Part shown: positions 12,598-27,890 of the stretch, piece by piece | How positions within the stretch are numbered: position 1 is the stretch's first letter | Layout: the number at the start of each line of letters is the position of its first letter | From: Camelus dromedarius | Lineage: Eukaryota | Assembly (NCBI RefSeq): GCF_036321535.1 | Contig: NC_087438.1 | Location: 8,062,001-8,126,000, forward strand | Length of the DNA stretch: 64,000 nt | Direction of reading: 5' to 3' | The notes under the pieces: generated by a model | The model's database searches: none | The model's input: only the letters and a program-made list of their open reading frames with translations | Told to the model about the DNA's origin: nothing | Program-made: the position numbers and the translations under genes

Positions 12598-15500
12598 AAC
12601 CAGTATCTGTTAATTATATAAAGTATGCTAATTATTTGGAGATTTTTTCAGAAATGATTAATATTTTAGAATACTGCTCCTTTGAAAACCTTGAAAATAT
12701 TCAGAAGAAATATATAATTCTAGTCATTCAGAAAATACATTCAAAAAAGTATATACAGGCAAAGATAATGAGGCAAAAGGCCGGGATTTTTTTTTTTTTT
12801 TTACATTCACTGGGATAATAGTGAGCATCGCAAGCTAATTTTACATTACCTGTTTGTTCAGAGATATGATTTCTGCTATACTGGGGTTCTAAGCCAGTGG
12901 TTTCCAAACATTTGTCTGAAACCAGCTTTGATATTTTTTCATAGGGGCCCTGTTATACAATTGAAAAGACTGTCCTGTCTTCCAAGATTATTTCCTGTCT
13001 GCCTTTCCTGAGTGTCAAAAAGTGACTGGAGGAGGCTGTTTGCAAAGTGAAAGCCGGGCCACCCACGTGTCTTTTGGAATGTACGCAGTGTACGGAGTCC
13101 AGAAATGTTGGGAATCACTGCACTGCACGTCACAGTCATGGGGAACCACCCGGGGGCTCACCGTTGCATGCCAGTACAGAGCAGCTGAGGGCAGACTCAG
13201 ACCCTCACTTTGGGGGCCTCTATTGCAAACGGCCCAATTATCAAACACAATCAGAGTTTTCTTGGTGTGGTGGCTTCAGCTCTAAAGAAGCCTCCAAAAC
13301 TGGTGGCCCAAGGGCCACGTTCCAGGTAAGGGCCACGTTAAGGTAGTTGAACGTGATTTCAGTAGATGAAAGAATTTAAGTTACGAGATTTGTAACGTAT
13401 CGTGAACAATGGAAATACCAGTTCAGAATGTACTTGTCTTACTATAAAATGCTCGTCTTCTCTCTCCAGATGTCAGTACCTCTGAATTAATGAGCACTAC
13501 TAGCTGCAAAACATCTCAAGAAGCAACGGAAATTAATTTCCATTAGTTACAGACTAACAATCAGCTACCACTAGCCTTGTAAGACAGTAAAGTTTTGAAG
13601 GCTCCATTTTTGTCCTCAATTAAATGTTCAAAGTCAGATGGTGGAAGAAAAGGGACTTACGACATCTAGAAAAATATTAAAACTGGTCTGCATGTGAAAT
13701 GACCCAAGAGGATTTCAGATTTTCATCTGTGGTGGGATAAACCGGGAGGGCTTTGGGATGGATTAATTGAGGCACAGGCATAAGCCAACTCATAAAGAAT
13801 GGAAATTCTTTTAATTACAATGGTCAAGTTCTCTGAGAAGCACGGAGCCCTTTAAAATAGCCCATGATTTCAAAAGGTTGAGCAGTTATGTGGGATTAAC
13901 TACGTAAACAAACAGCCACGATGTACTTTCCGATATTCTCACAGCTACTGAGATGAATGCACGTTTCAGGAAGGAAAACAAACCTTGCGTGTCTCCAGTT
14001 GGGTGAGTTTGTATTTTTAGTTTTCAACATTCTATCAACATTGACTTAAAGAATGGGACATGTTTAGAATGATTTTTTTTTAAGTGGTAAAACAAAATAA
14101 AAGCAAAGCACAAGGGTTGGGGAAGCAGACTGATGGATAAACGGACAAGAAGCAAAATCAATACCTCGTTCCTGTGAGTCTTTGGTCGCATTAATAATCA
14201 TGCGTTTATGTAAGTTTTGCAGGTCTCATCTCTGGATAAGTGTGTGCAGAGCCAGTAAACAAATAGATAATTTATGTATATCTACATGTGCACACGTAAT
14301 ATATGTGTGTATATATACACCCTGTCTACATATATGTATACACATAATCTATGTGGCATATCCGTAGATGCCACTTAATAAAATCAAACCTAGGGCTGTC
14401 CACGTTCCCCCTCGAAGAAGACAGGCCTTGAGGAATGACTGACCAAGTCAGCCAGTTCCATCACCCTGAGTTATCCTGGTATCTCTTTTCCTGGAGGGGG
14501 TTTCCACTCATCAGAACCCACCTTGGGGAAGATGGATACTGTCATTCACGTTTATAATCTTATTCAATACTGGACCCACAAAACTCTTCTCTGAGTCTTT
14601 TTCAAGCACAAACCATTCTTTTGATTCCTTCGCACCACCTCCCAGAATTCTAAAAAGTATCAGGAGGGGAGTGAGTAGGGAGCAGTCAGATGTGAAATGA
14701 AGGCAGCGGCACCAAGAGGGAGCCTTGGGACTCTGGAGCTTCCATCCCGGGTCTGCAGACCCCTCGAAGTCCCCCTGAGGTTCCAGGGAAAGAGGCGCCC
14801 TAATTTTTGGTTCTCAGCTTGTTTCTAATATTCACTGTTTTTAATATTCACACTCCTTTGGGCTCCTAAATGTCTGATCGTTTCTTTCATGATGAAGATA
14901 GAGATACTTCCTCCCTCTCACCCGTAGCTTCCTGTGTTGGGAGTTCTGCTTCATCGTAAAGAACCAGTAAAGGAGTAACTTCACCTGCCAAGATTCTACT
15001 TTTCAGTGTGAGGATCTAAATCTAGTAGATAACACATGTACACAAAGACAGAGACCCGGTTATCAGTGAGACAACAGAGATTAACTTTAAAGCAGGAAGT
15101 ACTATGAATTACTAGCTAAAGTAATAAACTGAAAGCATCACAATAACACTGCAAATGAACAGTTTTACTTAGGATTTCAATAACCAATGCCTTGAAACCA
15201 TCAATTATCTTAATGCTATCACTGTACTCAATCACTGTGGGGGGAGGGGGCTTAAAAATTAAGACTACGGATGCTTGATGTTTCTCAGAGTTCTGACTTC
15301 TAGGGACCCAAGGTCCCCTGGTGCTGGATGGTGTCATCAGAGTTAATCTGCCCTCTAAACCTATTTGGTAAAGATTCCATGATAATTTAATTACTGAATG
15401 GGACTTCTCAGCTACTTTGAATCAGGGGAAAAATAATCCTTCTGTTTCTGAACAGGGCGTGTAGTTAGCTTTAGGTAGAGGGGTTAAAGGCAAGTGTGAT

Positions 15501-16699
15501 ACATGTGCTCTGGTAAATCATCAGAGATACAAGTTAGTGACCAAAGACAAATATTCCTGGCTTCATAATAGAGACCAAATCTAGGACCAGCAGGGTCAAC
15601 TCCAGAGAGGAGGGGCAGGGGAGGAGGAACTCTACTGGGAAGGAGGGGAGGGTGGACACTTGCTTTTGCTTCTGTGGTTGGCTCTAGCCAGCTTGGATTT
15701 GGCGTTTGGCCCGAAATGAGGCAGGAAAAGTCCAGAATGCATGAAGCCCATGTTAGAGAGCAGAGACTTGAGTTTCTCCGACTTCCCCGCACACCTGGAG
15801 GCCTGGCTAGTGGGTGGGGGCCCCAAGGAGTGGTTGGCTCTTGGACCAGGTGTGAACTCTATGCTCACCTTCTAAACTTGGAGTAGAGTCTGTTTTACCA
15901 AAAGCACGTGCATTGAGGGGAAGGAGAGGACTGGTTCTCAAGAGGAGAGTCTGTAGAGCCACCAGAAAAACGCAGGACAGAGATTTCTACCGTCACGACT
16001 GATGGCGTACCTGCTAACGACTAATTAACTAATTAGTCCTCTGGGTATAGTTGCGCATCAGTTACGACTGCCTGTGTGCCGTCACTCTTCACGACGGGAT
16101 GCTGCGAGGTCCCTGTGACAGACCCGCTCCGGCAGAAATGAAGCAGGGGTGTAGGATGAGAAACGAGTCACTGTTTTAGGAACGCGATCATTCCTCCTAC
16201 ACGTGATTCTGAAGACAGAAGGCAAAATGAATATTCTGGGCTACGGGAAAATCAATATTGGCACAGACAAGTATTATGTGTTGTAAACACTGCTTTCCTT
16301 TCCACTGATAAAAGGAACCCTGAAAAGGAGGCTTTTGGCAAACAAATAAACAAAATCCGTCTGCAGTGAGGTCTTCCCTTCCATCTTCCAATTCTGCTTC
16401 CTGGCCGTGAGGGTCTCAAGCATCCTTCCTTCCTGCCCCCACTGGCCTGGGCTCCGGCCTCGCTGGATCTCCTCCCACCTCTGGCCTCCCAGCAGGGCAT
16501 CCCCCCAGGATCTGCTCTTTTGTCTTTCCTACCAGACAGCTCATGACCTCTCTGCCTTCACCCATTTCCCCCACGTCTCTGACTCCCAAGTGCCATTCTC
16601 AGCCCACGCCTCCATCCACAGGTGCTGCTGATGGCAGGAGCAGGGCTGGCAGCAGGGAGGTGGTGGTGATAACTACGGCTAACAGCCGGCCCCTCCCTG

Positions 16700-16835
16700 T
16701 AATGGGAAATGGTCCAAAGACCTTAAGGGCTTAACATATTTCATCTCACAACAACCTTACGAGGAAGGTTTTTTATGATTTCCGTTCTACACACAGGGAC
16801 ACCGAGGGCAGGGCAGATGAGCATCATGCCGGGAA
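16700..16835 (-). mobile_element. MIR SINE fragment
   Basis: TCTCACAACAACCTTACGAGGAAGG...CCGTTCTACACACAGGGACACCGAGG. Confidence 0.6.
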
Positions 16836-17409
16836 TCCTGATTTGCTAAAAATCCTCTTCTCCTTGGATTAGGTGCTCTTTACAACCCAGACCTCCTCTC
16901 CTCTCCCCGTGCAGGGCGAGGGCACACACCGCGGGGCTGCACTAGATCACCATCCACTGGGCTGAGAGCGGAGGATGTCTGAATTTCTATTCATTTGTTT
17001 AACCAAGCAAAATAAAGCAGTGAAGAACTATCATATTTGCTCTGTGGACTGGCACTGGCCCTCTCACTGGACCCACATTTCAGATGACGGTGTACGTTTT
17101 TTATTGAAAGCTACAACGTGGCACGAGTGACAGTGACATCCTTGCTTGTTCGAGTACTTCACCTAGGGCTCCTCACTGCTGCTGATGTGTGGCGGTCCTT
17201 GCGAAGTTTTGGATTATATTATCTAGCTTTAAACTAACCCTCGCAGCAGGAACAAGACAGCGCTACTAATGCAAACATGTTGAAAAGCTGAGGAAACAGC
17301 TGTGCTCGCCCATCCACCCACCGTGTTACCCAGCAAACCAGTGATGATGTACTCAGACCTAACAGATTCCACCGTGCTGCTCTTTCTGAACGAAGGCTTT
17401 GATGATTAC

Positions 17410-18075
17410 CGATGGAAGCCGAACATGGAGACAACCTAAGTGTCCATCAATGGATGCATGGAGAAACAAAATATGATTTTATATATATATATATATATAT
17501 ATGTATATGTATATACACACACATACAATAAATGTTATTCAGCCATGAAGAAGAAGGAAATCTTGCCATCTGCAACAGCATGGATGGACCCTGACCACAT
17601 TAAGCTAAATGAAGTAAGTCAGACAGAGAAAGACTAAGACGGTACGATTTCACTTGCATGTGAAATCTGAAAAATAAAAACAAAAACAAACCCCACAGGA
17701 AAAGAGATCAGATTTGTGGTTACCATAAGTAGGAGGCTGGGGTGGGGGGAGTAGGAATTGGATGAAGGTGGTCAAAAGGTCCAAACTTCCAGTTATAAGA
17801 GAAATGAGAACTATGGACGCAACACACATGATGACTGTAGTTAACACTGTTGTGTGTGATGTGTGAAAATTGGTTAAGAGAGTAGATCCTAAGAGTTCTC
17901 ATCACAAGTTTAAATTTTTTTTTTCTTTTCTGTGTGTGTGTCTGAGATGATGGATGTTAACTAAACTTACTGTGGTAATCATTTCACAATATATGTAAGC
18001 CAAATAATTATACTGCACATCTTGAACTCATAGAGAGTTGTATGTCAATTATATTTTAATAAAACTGGAAAAAAT
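17410..18075 (+). mobile_element. L1 3' end (L1MA-like)
   Basis: Typical ORF2 end and 3'UTR motifs (CAACCTAAGTGTCCATCAATGGATG; CAGCCATGAAGAAGAAGGAAATCTTGCCAT; TCTCATCACA; TGTCAATTATATTTTAATAAAACTGG). Confidence 0.85.
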
Positions 18076-18230
18076 TGGACTAAAATGAAAAAAAAATTAT
18101 ACTGCTTAGAAAAAAATGTAAGCTGAAATAAAAACTTTTAATTGTGGTGTTTCATCTTTAACATAGCCTGTTTCAAGTTCTGTCTTCAGTATACAGATTT
18201 TATTAGTGTAAACAGTCTTAATAGCAAACA

Positions 18231-18670
18231 TGCAGTTAGTTGAGCAGTGTGTCCCCCCTCAAATTCCCATCTATTAAGAAGCTCAGAATGTGGCCATATG
18301 TGGAAATAATGTCTTTGTAGATGTAATTACGGGAAGATGAGGTCCTTCTGGAATAGAGTGGACCCGAAATACAATGACAGGTGTCTTCATAAGAGGGCGG
18401 GAGACACAGAGACAGAGAGGAAGGCCACGCGAAGATGGAGAAAGAGACTGAAGCGGTGCAGCCGCAGCCAAGGAGCGGCTGGACCAGCGCAGGTGGAGTG
18501 GGCAAGGACGGGCCCTCCTCCCCCAGACCCCAGAGGGAGCCGGCCCTGCGCACACCGTCATGTTCAGACTTCTGGCCTTCACCACTGTAAGAGAATACAT
18601 TTGTGTCGGCTTAAGTCACCCAGTTTGTGGCAATCTGCATGGCAGGGCAGCCTCAGGGTATTAATATACT
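18231..18670 (+). mobile_element. MaLR LTR (MLT1B/C-like)
   Basis: CTCAGAATGTGGCCATATGTGGAAATAATGTCTTTGTAGATGTAATTA...CAGACTTCTGGCCTTCACCACTGTAAGAGAATACATTTGTGT..TTAAGTCACCCAGTTTGTGG. Confidence 0.82.
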
Positions 18671-19519
18671 ACCTGTATAATCTGTAAGTAAAACACCCGC
18701 ATGTGGGGGTGCAAGCTGACATCTTCTTCTGGTTGGGGTGGGGGGGTGACAGGATTGTGCAGAGACAGCCGTGCTCACATCCCAGCCCAGCCAGGCTTGG
18801 GTGCTTCAAAGAGGCCCTGCCCCCCTCATTTCTAGCCTTCTTTTATTTTTCACTGTTTTCTCTGCCTAGAAAGCTTTCTCTCCCATTTTTCCTTACATCA
18901 ATATCAGCTATTGCTCAAGGTTCGTGCCAACCACCCAGTTCCTCCTCCGTACGCTATCACATCCATCTGGTTTACTCACTGCACTGCCGTCTGGGTGGGT
19001 AGACCTTTCTCTCTCCTATAACTTTAAAGCTCCTTCAGGATGAAGCTGACTTCACGCCATCACGCCATCATCACGCCTGCAGCGCTCACCATAGAACAGT
19101 CCACAGAAACGTCACCTAGAACACAGGTGCCCTCAGACAGACCCAGAGGGAGGAGTTTAAAGGAACGAAAGCTACCGGGCTCCGACCTGGGTCGGCTCTG
19201 GCCACATCTTGATAAAACCTGGCCGAGGACACACATGGAGGCCTTTCCTGGTCCCACGTGGCAGGAGCAGTGAGTTACAGAAGTCGTCCTGGGTAATAAA
19301 ACTGGGGTGCAGAGAAGCCTTCTGAACTGTCATATAATGGAATCACCTAACAAGAAGTGAATGCACAGCCTCTCACTGAAATTAAAAGGAAACTAAAAAT
19401 TCAAGGCAAGGGGAGGTAATTCATAGCTTTGCAGAGGTCACATGAAAAGCCATGGCATTCTGATTGTCCAGTTAATAGTGGTTTTAATATTCACAATAGT
19501 TAGAAACACAGGATTAGAA

Positions 19520-19690
19520 GTCAGCTTTTAGTTCTCTCACCCTCAGCTTCCCCGTGTGTAAAATGGGGACCATAAACAGTCCTGGCAGAGGAATCTAGGC
19601 AGGATTGAATTAAATAACGTATATGAAAGGATTAACACTGAGCGTGGAATGCATTACTCAATTCATTTTAATGAGCACTGTTATCATCAT
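19520..19690 (+). mobile_element. MIR SINE fragment
   Basis: CCTCAGCTTCCCCGTGTGTAAAATGGGGA...GGATTGAATTAAATAACGTATATGAAAG. Confidence 0.65.
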
Positions 19691-22389
19691 TGCTGTTACA
19701 AACGTCTTCTCATCTTGCTGTCAGGCAAACCTACTCTGACCCCAGGTTGCCCCAAGGTAGCCTTGTTCCCTCCCTGCACTTCTGATGATTCGGAGAGACA
19801 GGACTGGGAGGGAAACTGGCCACAGCAGGACTCCCAGAGGAGAGCAGGGAAGGAGAGCGGCTGGCACAGGAGCAGGAGGCCCGGCGCTCAGGGGAGGAGT
19901 GGCAGTTGTCATCAGGGCTGTCTTTGAAGAAGGGACATTCTCATGAAGGGCGTATTCTCATGTGATTAAAAAGGTCAGAAACAAGATCAGGGAATGAACT
20001 TAGGAGGGGTGCTGATTTCAATACAAATTAGTTTACAAGGCTTGAATTATTCAAGGGATCAATAAAATGCTTCTAGAGATGGTGAGTAGCCCGTTGCTGG
20101 AGGCATTCAAGTGGGGACTGAACGGCCCATTGTCGGGCTTGCTTTTGGTCTAACTGAATAAAGGGCTTTCAAGTGCTCTCCACACTCTGAGGGTCTTTAA
20201 ACTGCAGATGCGGTATCTTTCCCCTCTGCCATTTCCCCAGTTAAATAAATGATTATTGAGCATTTGAAACGAAAAGCCAACTCCCCAGAGCTTCACTACC
20301 TGAGAACTGCATGAGGAAGAACATGCTATGACCATTTCATTGCAAACACATCAGCCATGTTACTTAAGTTATATAATAATGGTGCTTTAAATTTTACTAA
20401 AGATTTTTAAAATATTTTTTAAATCTGCACCTTTTAAAAAAGCACCATGGTCTATATTTTGTTTCCCGAGCATTCCTTCCACCATATGCTATGTGTGGTT
20501 TGTAGTGGGCAGGCCAGTCATGAAAAAACAGCATTTGGAAACCATTCTTCACCTAGGTTACCTAATGAGATTTATAGGCAATATTATTTGATAATACCTA
20601 CTGATATAATACCCAATAAAATAATTTTAGTAATATAGTAAGTAATTCCTTACAAGTGCATATTTTTATATTATTGGTCAAATATTGCAGCTTAAAATAA
20701 AACAAGGGGTATAAGTTTGATAGAACCAACAGAAAATGCAGTTGCTAACTGGGGCTCAGATTCAGCATTGAAGATGTATCTTTGTATTTATTTCTCTACT
20801 GCACTGAATAACAAAAGAAGAGTTTTCCTGTAAATCATGTTTAGAATAAGTTAGATCCTTTAGCATGCTTGCAAAACTGTTTCTGAGACAGTGTACATCA
20901 AAGATTGCAATGTCTAGGAAACGGATTAATCAAACTTGATTAAAAGCTGCCATTCAGGCTGCAACCTACACATTAAGTTACGTCAGTAAATTTCTTAGCC
21001 ATACGTTTTCTTCTTTTATAGACAAGAACATTTATAGCACCAGTCTTGCTTTTTCTCCTGGTTATTTCATTAGTCACGTTTTCTAAATAAGAAAGCTATG
21101 GCTTGTCACTCCCAACATCACTGAATCCTTTCATATAATTTAATTTTAAGATTTATATTTGACCTACGTGCTTAAAAACAACAGTGTATAGAAGTCAATT
21201 ATTTGGTTTAGTGCCAGTAATATATTAGCTACGACAACAATTTCTTAGAAATTCACATTTTATGGACGATAACATGAAATTAACAAACGCAAAGTTCTAA
21301 GCAAATGTGGCTGTAAAGTAAGCTTTATATATATGCAGTGAGACTTCAAAAAGAAATTAGATGCTACTATCTCTTTATATAAAAGGTCTCTGTGCCTTCT
21401 TCACTGGAGTACACAATGAGGACAGGTAAAAGAGAAAATTCCAAAGTTTTGCCCTGATCTATATGATTCAGCCAAGCAATCTAGAAAAACGCAATCCTTT
21501 AGAACCAATCCTTTCATATCCTATGACTTAGGAAAATTAAAAGATAAGGAGTCTCTGGTTTCAAGTCTAACAACTGAGTAGGGGCTATGGATTTCAAATC
21601 TTTATTTTTAAATGGACAATTTGCCTGAAAACTCACTGAATAATACTAAAACTCTTTAATAGAGAAAAGGCACTGGTCTACAGTAAAACAAATAAGGCAG
21701 AGATTAGAAAAGAAAAAAAAGGAAAAGAAATAAAAAACAAAACTAAGACCACACACCCCATAGGCAATTATCAGAGAGACTAGAACACTTCAGTTTGCAT
21801 TACATCCTTCATTCCTTCATTCATTCCCACACACAGAAAACTACCATTCTCTCATCCTCCAAAAAAACCATAAAATATGAGAGTATATTCTTTCCTTTTC
21901 CTTTTTATTTCTTATAAAGAAATAAGAAAGTCCATGCCAATATGTGCCACGTGTCCTAGAAGTGCGGATTCTAGCCCGCGTACCTACTGGCCAGCAATGT
22001 GATCCTCCGTGAGTCATTTCTCCATTGATTTAAGGCACGAAATGTGGGGATATCAGTTTCCGCCCACAAAGGAGAATTACATCAAAGATGTAAACAAAGA
22101 TGCTTTGAGAACTGTAATGCGCTAGAAATACATGTTTGCAATGACAAAGAGGCTTACCTAGTCTGGTACTAAACGATAAAGAAAACTTCAACGAATTCTC
22201 TTAAGAATATATGTATAAAAGCTTAAAGGAAGTCCAGAAGCTGGAAAAGTTTAAATCGTAAGTTTTAATGCGGAAACAAACTGTGAACCCTAGAAGTTAA
22301 AGATATTGGTTTTTAGTAATATTCACTTAGGAAGAATCAAAATTTATTATTCACAGGAAGATGCAAAAATATTCTCATAAAAGAAGCAT

Positions 22390-22608
22390 GAGGGAGATAA
22401 ATTAGGAGTTCGGGATTAGCAGATACAAACTACTGTGTACAAAATAGACAAGCAACAAGGTCCTACTGTACAGCACAGGGAATTGTAGTCAATAGCTTGT
22501 AATAACCTATAATGAAAAAGATTATGCAATGAGACATATAACTGAATCACTATGCTGTACACCAGAAACCAACACAACATTGTAAATCAACTAGACGTCA
22601 ATAAAAAA
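22390..22608 (+). mobile_element. 5'-truncated L1 3' end (cetartiodactyl-type)
   Basis: GGGAGATAAATTAGGAGTTCGGGATTAGCAGATACAAACTACT...ACATTGTAAATCAACTA..AATAAAA poly-A; TSD aaaagaagcat at 22379-22389 and 22609-22619. Confidence 0.88.
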
Positions 22609-24447
22609 AAAAGAAGCATTTGATTTTGGACTTGAATTTTAGATTTGGGATGTCTCAAATCTGAACACTCTAACATTTTTTTTTAATTTATTTAAAAAAT
22701 AAAACACAACTCTACAAGAAAGGCATTATTATATTTTATACTCCACCTGTTTTTCATGATGCCAGGTTATTAGTTCCTTTTACATTCAGCCATAACAACT
22801 CAGCTCTGGTTCTAGATCTGGTTCTCTTTGTTTTGCTTGTGTCTCTCACCTTAGGATGGTGGTATATGATTTTTTTTCTTCAGAATTAACATACATTTAA
22901 AGCCAATGCTTAGCATTCTTGAAAATAACATGGTGCGCTTATAATTCACCTAACACTGGTTTGCATGTTCCTTTACACATACAAAAGATTAGTGCCCAAT
23001 ACACTCTTACTCATTCTAACATTTCTTATTGGTGTTTCTCTTTTTTTGGCTTATAGTGGGCACCTAATAAATACACGGGACATAATCCATAACTTGAAAA
23101 GATAACGGCCACGGCAATATGCTGAAAGAAGAAAAAAGGCTATAAAAGTGACAGCAATATAAAACGGAAAGGATATGCCATTTAATAAAACAAAATGCAT
23201 CTAATACACAGCATAAAATAAAGACTCCAAGCTGTAGCTAGGGAAATACAAATTTGGTTTCCTAGTAAGTCAAATTCCCCCAATATGAACATTTAAAACC
23301 TTTCCCCTGGAGGTTAAATGTTTATCCGCAGTTTAACTACACAATGTTTAGGGAAGCAATGCTGATTCAGTTACGTATTTTCCTATTTAGGATCTCCTAA
23401 GAGTTTACTCTTGTTGTTTCCTCGTGTTTTCAATAGCATGTCAAGAAAAATCATTTAACAACAGAGAGCGTTGAGGGGTTATCTGAAGAACACTCTACAC
23501 ACACATGCCAAGAATACTGAAGGATTTGGCAGATTTCAGGACCAAGACAATAGAGATCCCTGTGAATGAAAACCTACGGGAGCAAGATGTTGAACAACGT
23601 AAATGGAAGAATTGTTCTTATGTCCAGCAGTTAACAGTTAGCACTTACGACAATTCACCTTTGCGGTGGAGGGTCTACCAAATATAATATTTAACATGAA
23701 CCCTCCAAGCAGGCTTGAATTGTGCTAAAGGAGCTATCTCAAAGAATACCGTAAAATGGACCCATTCCGCCCTTTATCTCTGTACAAGTGATTTCTTTTT
23801 AGAAAAGAATCTATGCACCCCCCCTCAATACAAGACATATGTACTTGTGTCCTCTATCAGAGAAAATTTCGAGAATTCCTTGAGACGAATTTTAAGCACA
23901 CAGCCAGAGTTAAGTCACGTGCCCCGCTATAAAGACAGACCAGGAATCTGACGTATCTACAGTATTCACAGATGCAGACGTATATTTATGGGACTCTATC
24001 AGCAGAAATCAAATGCCTACAAATAAAACATCATTTAACTCTACAGGAATTCAATTCCCATTTCAGAAGTAGCGCATCACCAAATCCCTTGCCACTGGTG
24101 AGAAAAGCAAAGCCAAAAAGAAACACTTCTAAATAATAACAATTTCTAACATTACATTCAAGCTTTTAATCAATGTCCAAACAACTTCAGCCTAATGTTC
24201 ATTTTCAGACACAGAAAAAAATTAAGGTAATAAGGATTTTCTAAATTTTCAACATTCAGCATAGCCTGGTAGGTGGGCACTTTACTCTCGGATGAACGGA
24301 AACATCAGGGCGACAAAGCATGCTTCTGCCGAGGCAAGAAAACACCGAGACCACGGTATTTGAAGTCAAGTGCCCTAATCCCCCATCCTCAGTTCCTACC
24401 GCAATCAAGAGAGCTGCCCGAAATCTCATCAAAGAGCTGAAACCTCA

Positions 24448-25152
<705 letters not shown>

Positions 25153-27148
25153 TCAGAAATGCACCCGTCAGCCTAGGCAGGCAAACGCGTGCGAGGTGTG
25201 CTTCCCGCTCACCCGCAACCCAGAGAAGGTTTGTTAATCTAACCTCTGCGCGGAGCTAAAACCCAGGAGAAAGAAGGAACATTTTCTAAAGAATCATAGG
25301 CCGTTAGTTCTTTATTGCTCAGGTTGAGATAATTCAGAAAGCGTTCATTCAGGTGATGTTACGTTAACTTTATTAGGGGCGTGAAACAAATTTACGAATG
25401 TGGTTCATTTTCCTGAATAAATGAAAACACAAAAAAGTGAGGTTTGTAGGCGTGGGGGTGGTGGAGGACACAGGCGGGGCTCCTGTTCCCATAATTAGTA
25501 CTAGAGCATGAAATGCAGGACTGGTCTAGTTTTTGTAAAGTAACACCCACAAGATTTTTATACGCCTCTTTTTCAATGCAGGCTGTCACGGTAACACACA
25601 CATTTGATGAGGGGCAGGCACGCTAGGGAAGACGGAGCCCCGCCCAGCTGCAGCAAAGACAAAATAATGAGCCGACTTGGCTTTTCTAGAATTATTTGCA
25701 TCTTTTCAATACGCTTACACTGTTTTGGGAAGATTTCACACCAGTTACTAACATCGGTTTGACTGGTTCCAAACTCAATTTGTGTTTTGTTTCCTTCCTC
25801 GGCTCTTCTGAGCTTGCTTCAGGTCATTATTTTTACCTGGTTCTCAAGAATACTTGACGTCTAAGGTTGAGCTGACATACACACAATGAAAACAGCATCT
25901 TTCGTATTAATAGAACATGACCTGTTATTATCTGCTGCGATCGTTAGCCATGCTCAATGCTAGACAGCACATTTACTTTCCAGCATTGTAGATCACACTA
26001 TATCCAAAATATAGCCAGGGTCTAGATACGGCCATTTATGCCAGGGGAGCTCTATACGGAATTACATTACAACTCTGACTCACACCCATAACTCGGACTT
26101 TCTGAGCATTTCTCAGTGGCTGGTGATAGGACTTATGTTATCCCTTCTCACATTCGGGGACATATGCAAAATCAAACACAAAAGAAATTATGTCAATGAG
26201 AAAATAGTGTTAATGCTAAAAGAACGTAAGGATATCGCGTCAAAATGACAAAAAAGTTGCAGAGTGACTTGGAGGAAATGAATGTATTCTAATAGGAGAA
26301 CTGATTTTAATTAAGAGCTTCTCATTTCCAATGAACTTTTAATACTTATTCTTATAAGAACCAAAATTAGAAGAGGCACCCATGACATGGTGAAGACTAG
26401 AAAAATAGATAAGAAAAACTTTCTAAGCAAAGAGTATGCATATTCCCAGAGGAGCAGTATTTTGAAATGAGGAGGGCTGCCCTGAAGGACTGAGTTTCAA
26501 AGTCATTAGATTAAACTGATAAACATGAAGTTCACAACCAGAAAAATCTGTTTTCTGTCTTCATGCAATTCCTGAAGCATTTATATTTTCTCCAAAATTT
26601 TATAAACATGTCTACTTGAAATTCACATTTTAAAATTTATGAATAATGTGCTTTATGTTATGTGGGCAGGGGTTTAAAAATTTAGGCCAGGCATAACCAC
26701 GCTCATGGAAGAACAAATGCACAGAGGTAAACAAAATTTCATTTTCTAGAAGAGTTGTGAAGAGCCAGCCAGTAGATGAAGGGCGAAAGGGAAAACTAAC
26801 CACACCTGACATTTTTCAGCTAAATGCATTTTTTTTCCATTCAGGAACTAAATGTCGGCACTTAAGCTTGCTGAGGATGGTTACTAACATCAGCAAAAAT
26901 TGTTCGGTATATAGAACTATTTGTTATTATTACATTAAATACCGTGATTAACAGGAAGGGAGAGCAAAATGGGAGCGACCAAGATTTAATACTGAAACGC
27001 AAAGAAACATTCTTGCTTAAAAAAAAAATGATAATAATATAGGTAAGGGGAACAATCTGACCAGTCACACCAAAAAAACTCTCCAAGGACCTCAAATTTT
27101 AAAAGAATATAATAAGAGGACTTTAAGAAAAATCCTCCCAGCAGCAGT

Positions 27149-27180
<32 letters not shown>

Positions 27181-27669
27181 TTATGCAGACTTTAAGGAAG
27201 ATCGGGCCAAAATGTGAAAACAGAGTGTGAAATGCAATTAACTTAGCAGAAACAAGAAGGCAGCGTCTCAGCATACGAGGAGGAAGAAAAGGTGACGGAA
27301 AGTTTACGAATATTACTAGGCTCAGATTTCTATTTTGCTGTGGCCTTCTTGAGGGGAGATGTCAGGGAACTCATTTGGGGCTTGGCTTCTGAAGTGGGAC
27401 AATCAGTTCCACATCCCGGCCATCAGGCCCATTCTTGGTTTGGGGCAAGGTCCTGGGTTCTCTAAGTTCTAGTTCCCTGGTTGTAAAGCGAAGAAAGGAA
27501 AATGGCCTCATGGGATCATTACTTGCTTTAAGTGCATGAAAAGTGTTAACTGCCTCATATGCACAGAATGTTAAACAAATAAGCTCTTATTATTACTTAA
27601 CAAAGCTGAAATCAGCTCCCATTAGAAAACGAGTTTGCACAGAAGGCACAGAGTGAACGGCCCTCACCG

Positions 27670-27890
27670 CTGGGCATCGGACTTTATAGCTCCTGTTAAG
27701 TGTTTCTTTTGACGACTCGCATTTTCTCCAACAACTCCACCCGAGAATTAATGCGGCATTCTTCACTTCACAGGTTGGGAAACCGAGGCACAGAGAGAGG
27801 ACAGAATTTGCCTGAGTCGGCCTTGTATTTAGTAGAGAAGGAATTCGAGCCCTTGCACCCTGCTTCCGGAGTTTATGCCTACTACCACCA
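27670..27890 (-). mobile_element. MIR SINE
   Basis: CACTTCACAGGTTGGGAAACCGAGGCACAGAGAG...GGAATTCGAGCCC. Confidence 0.7.
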
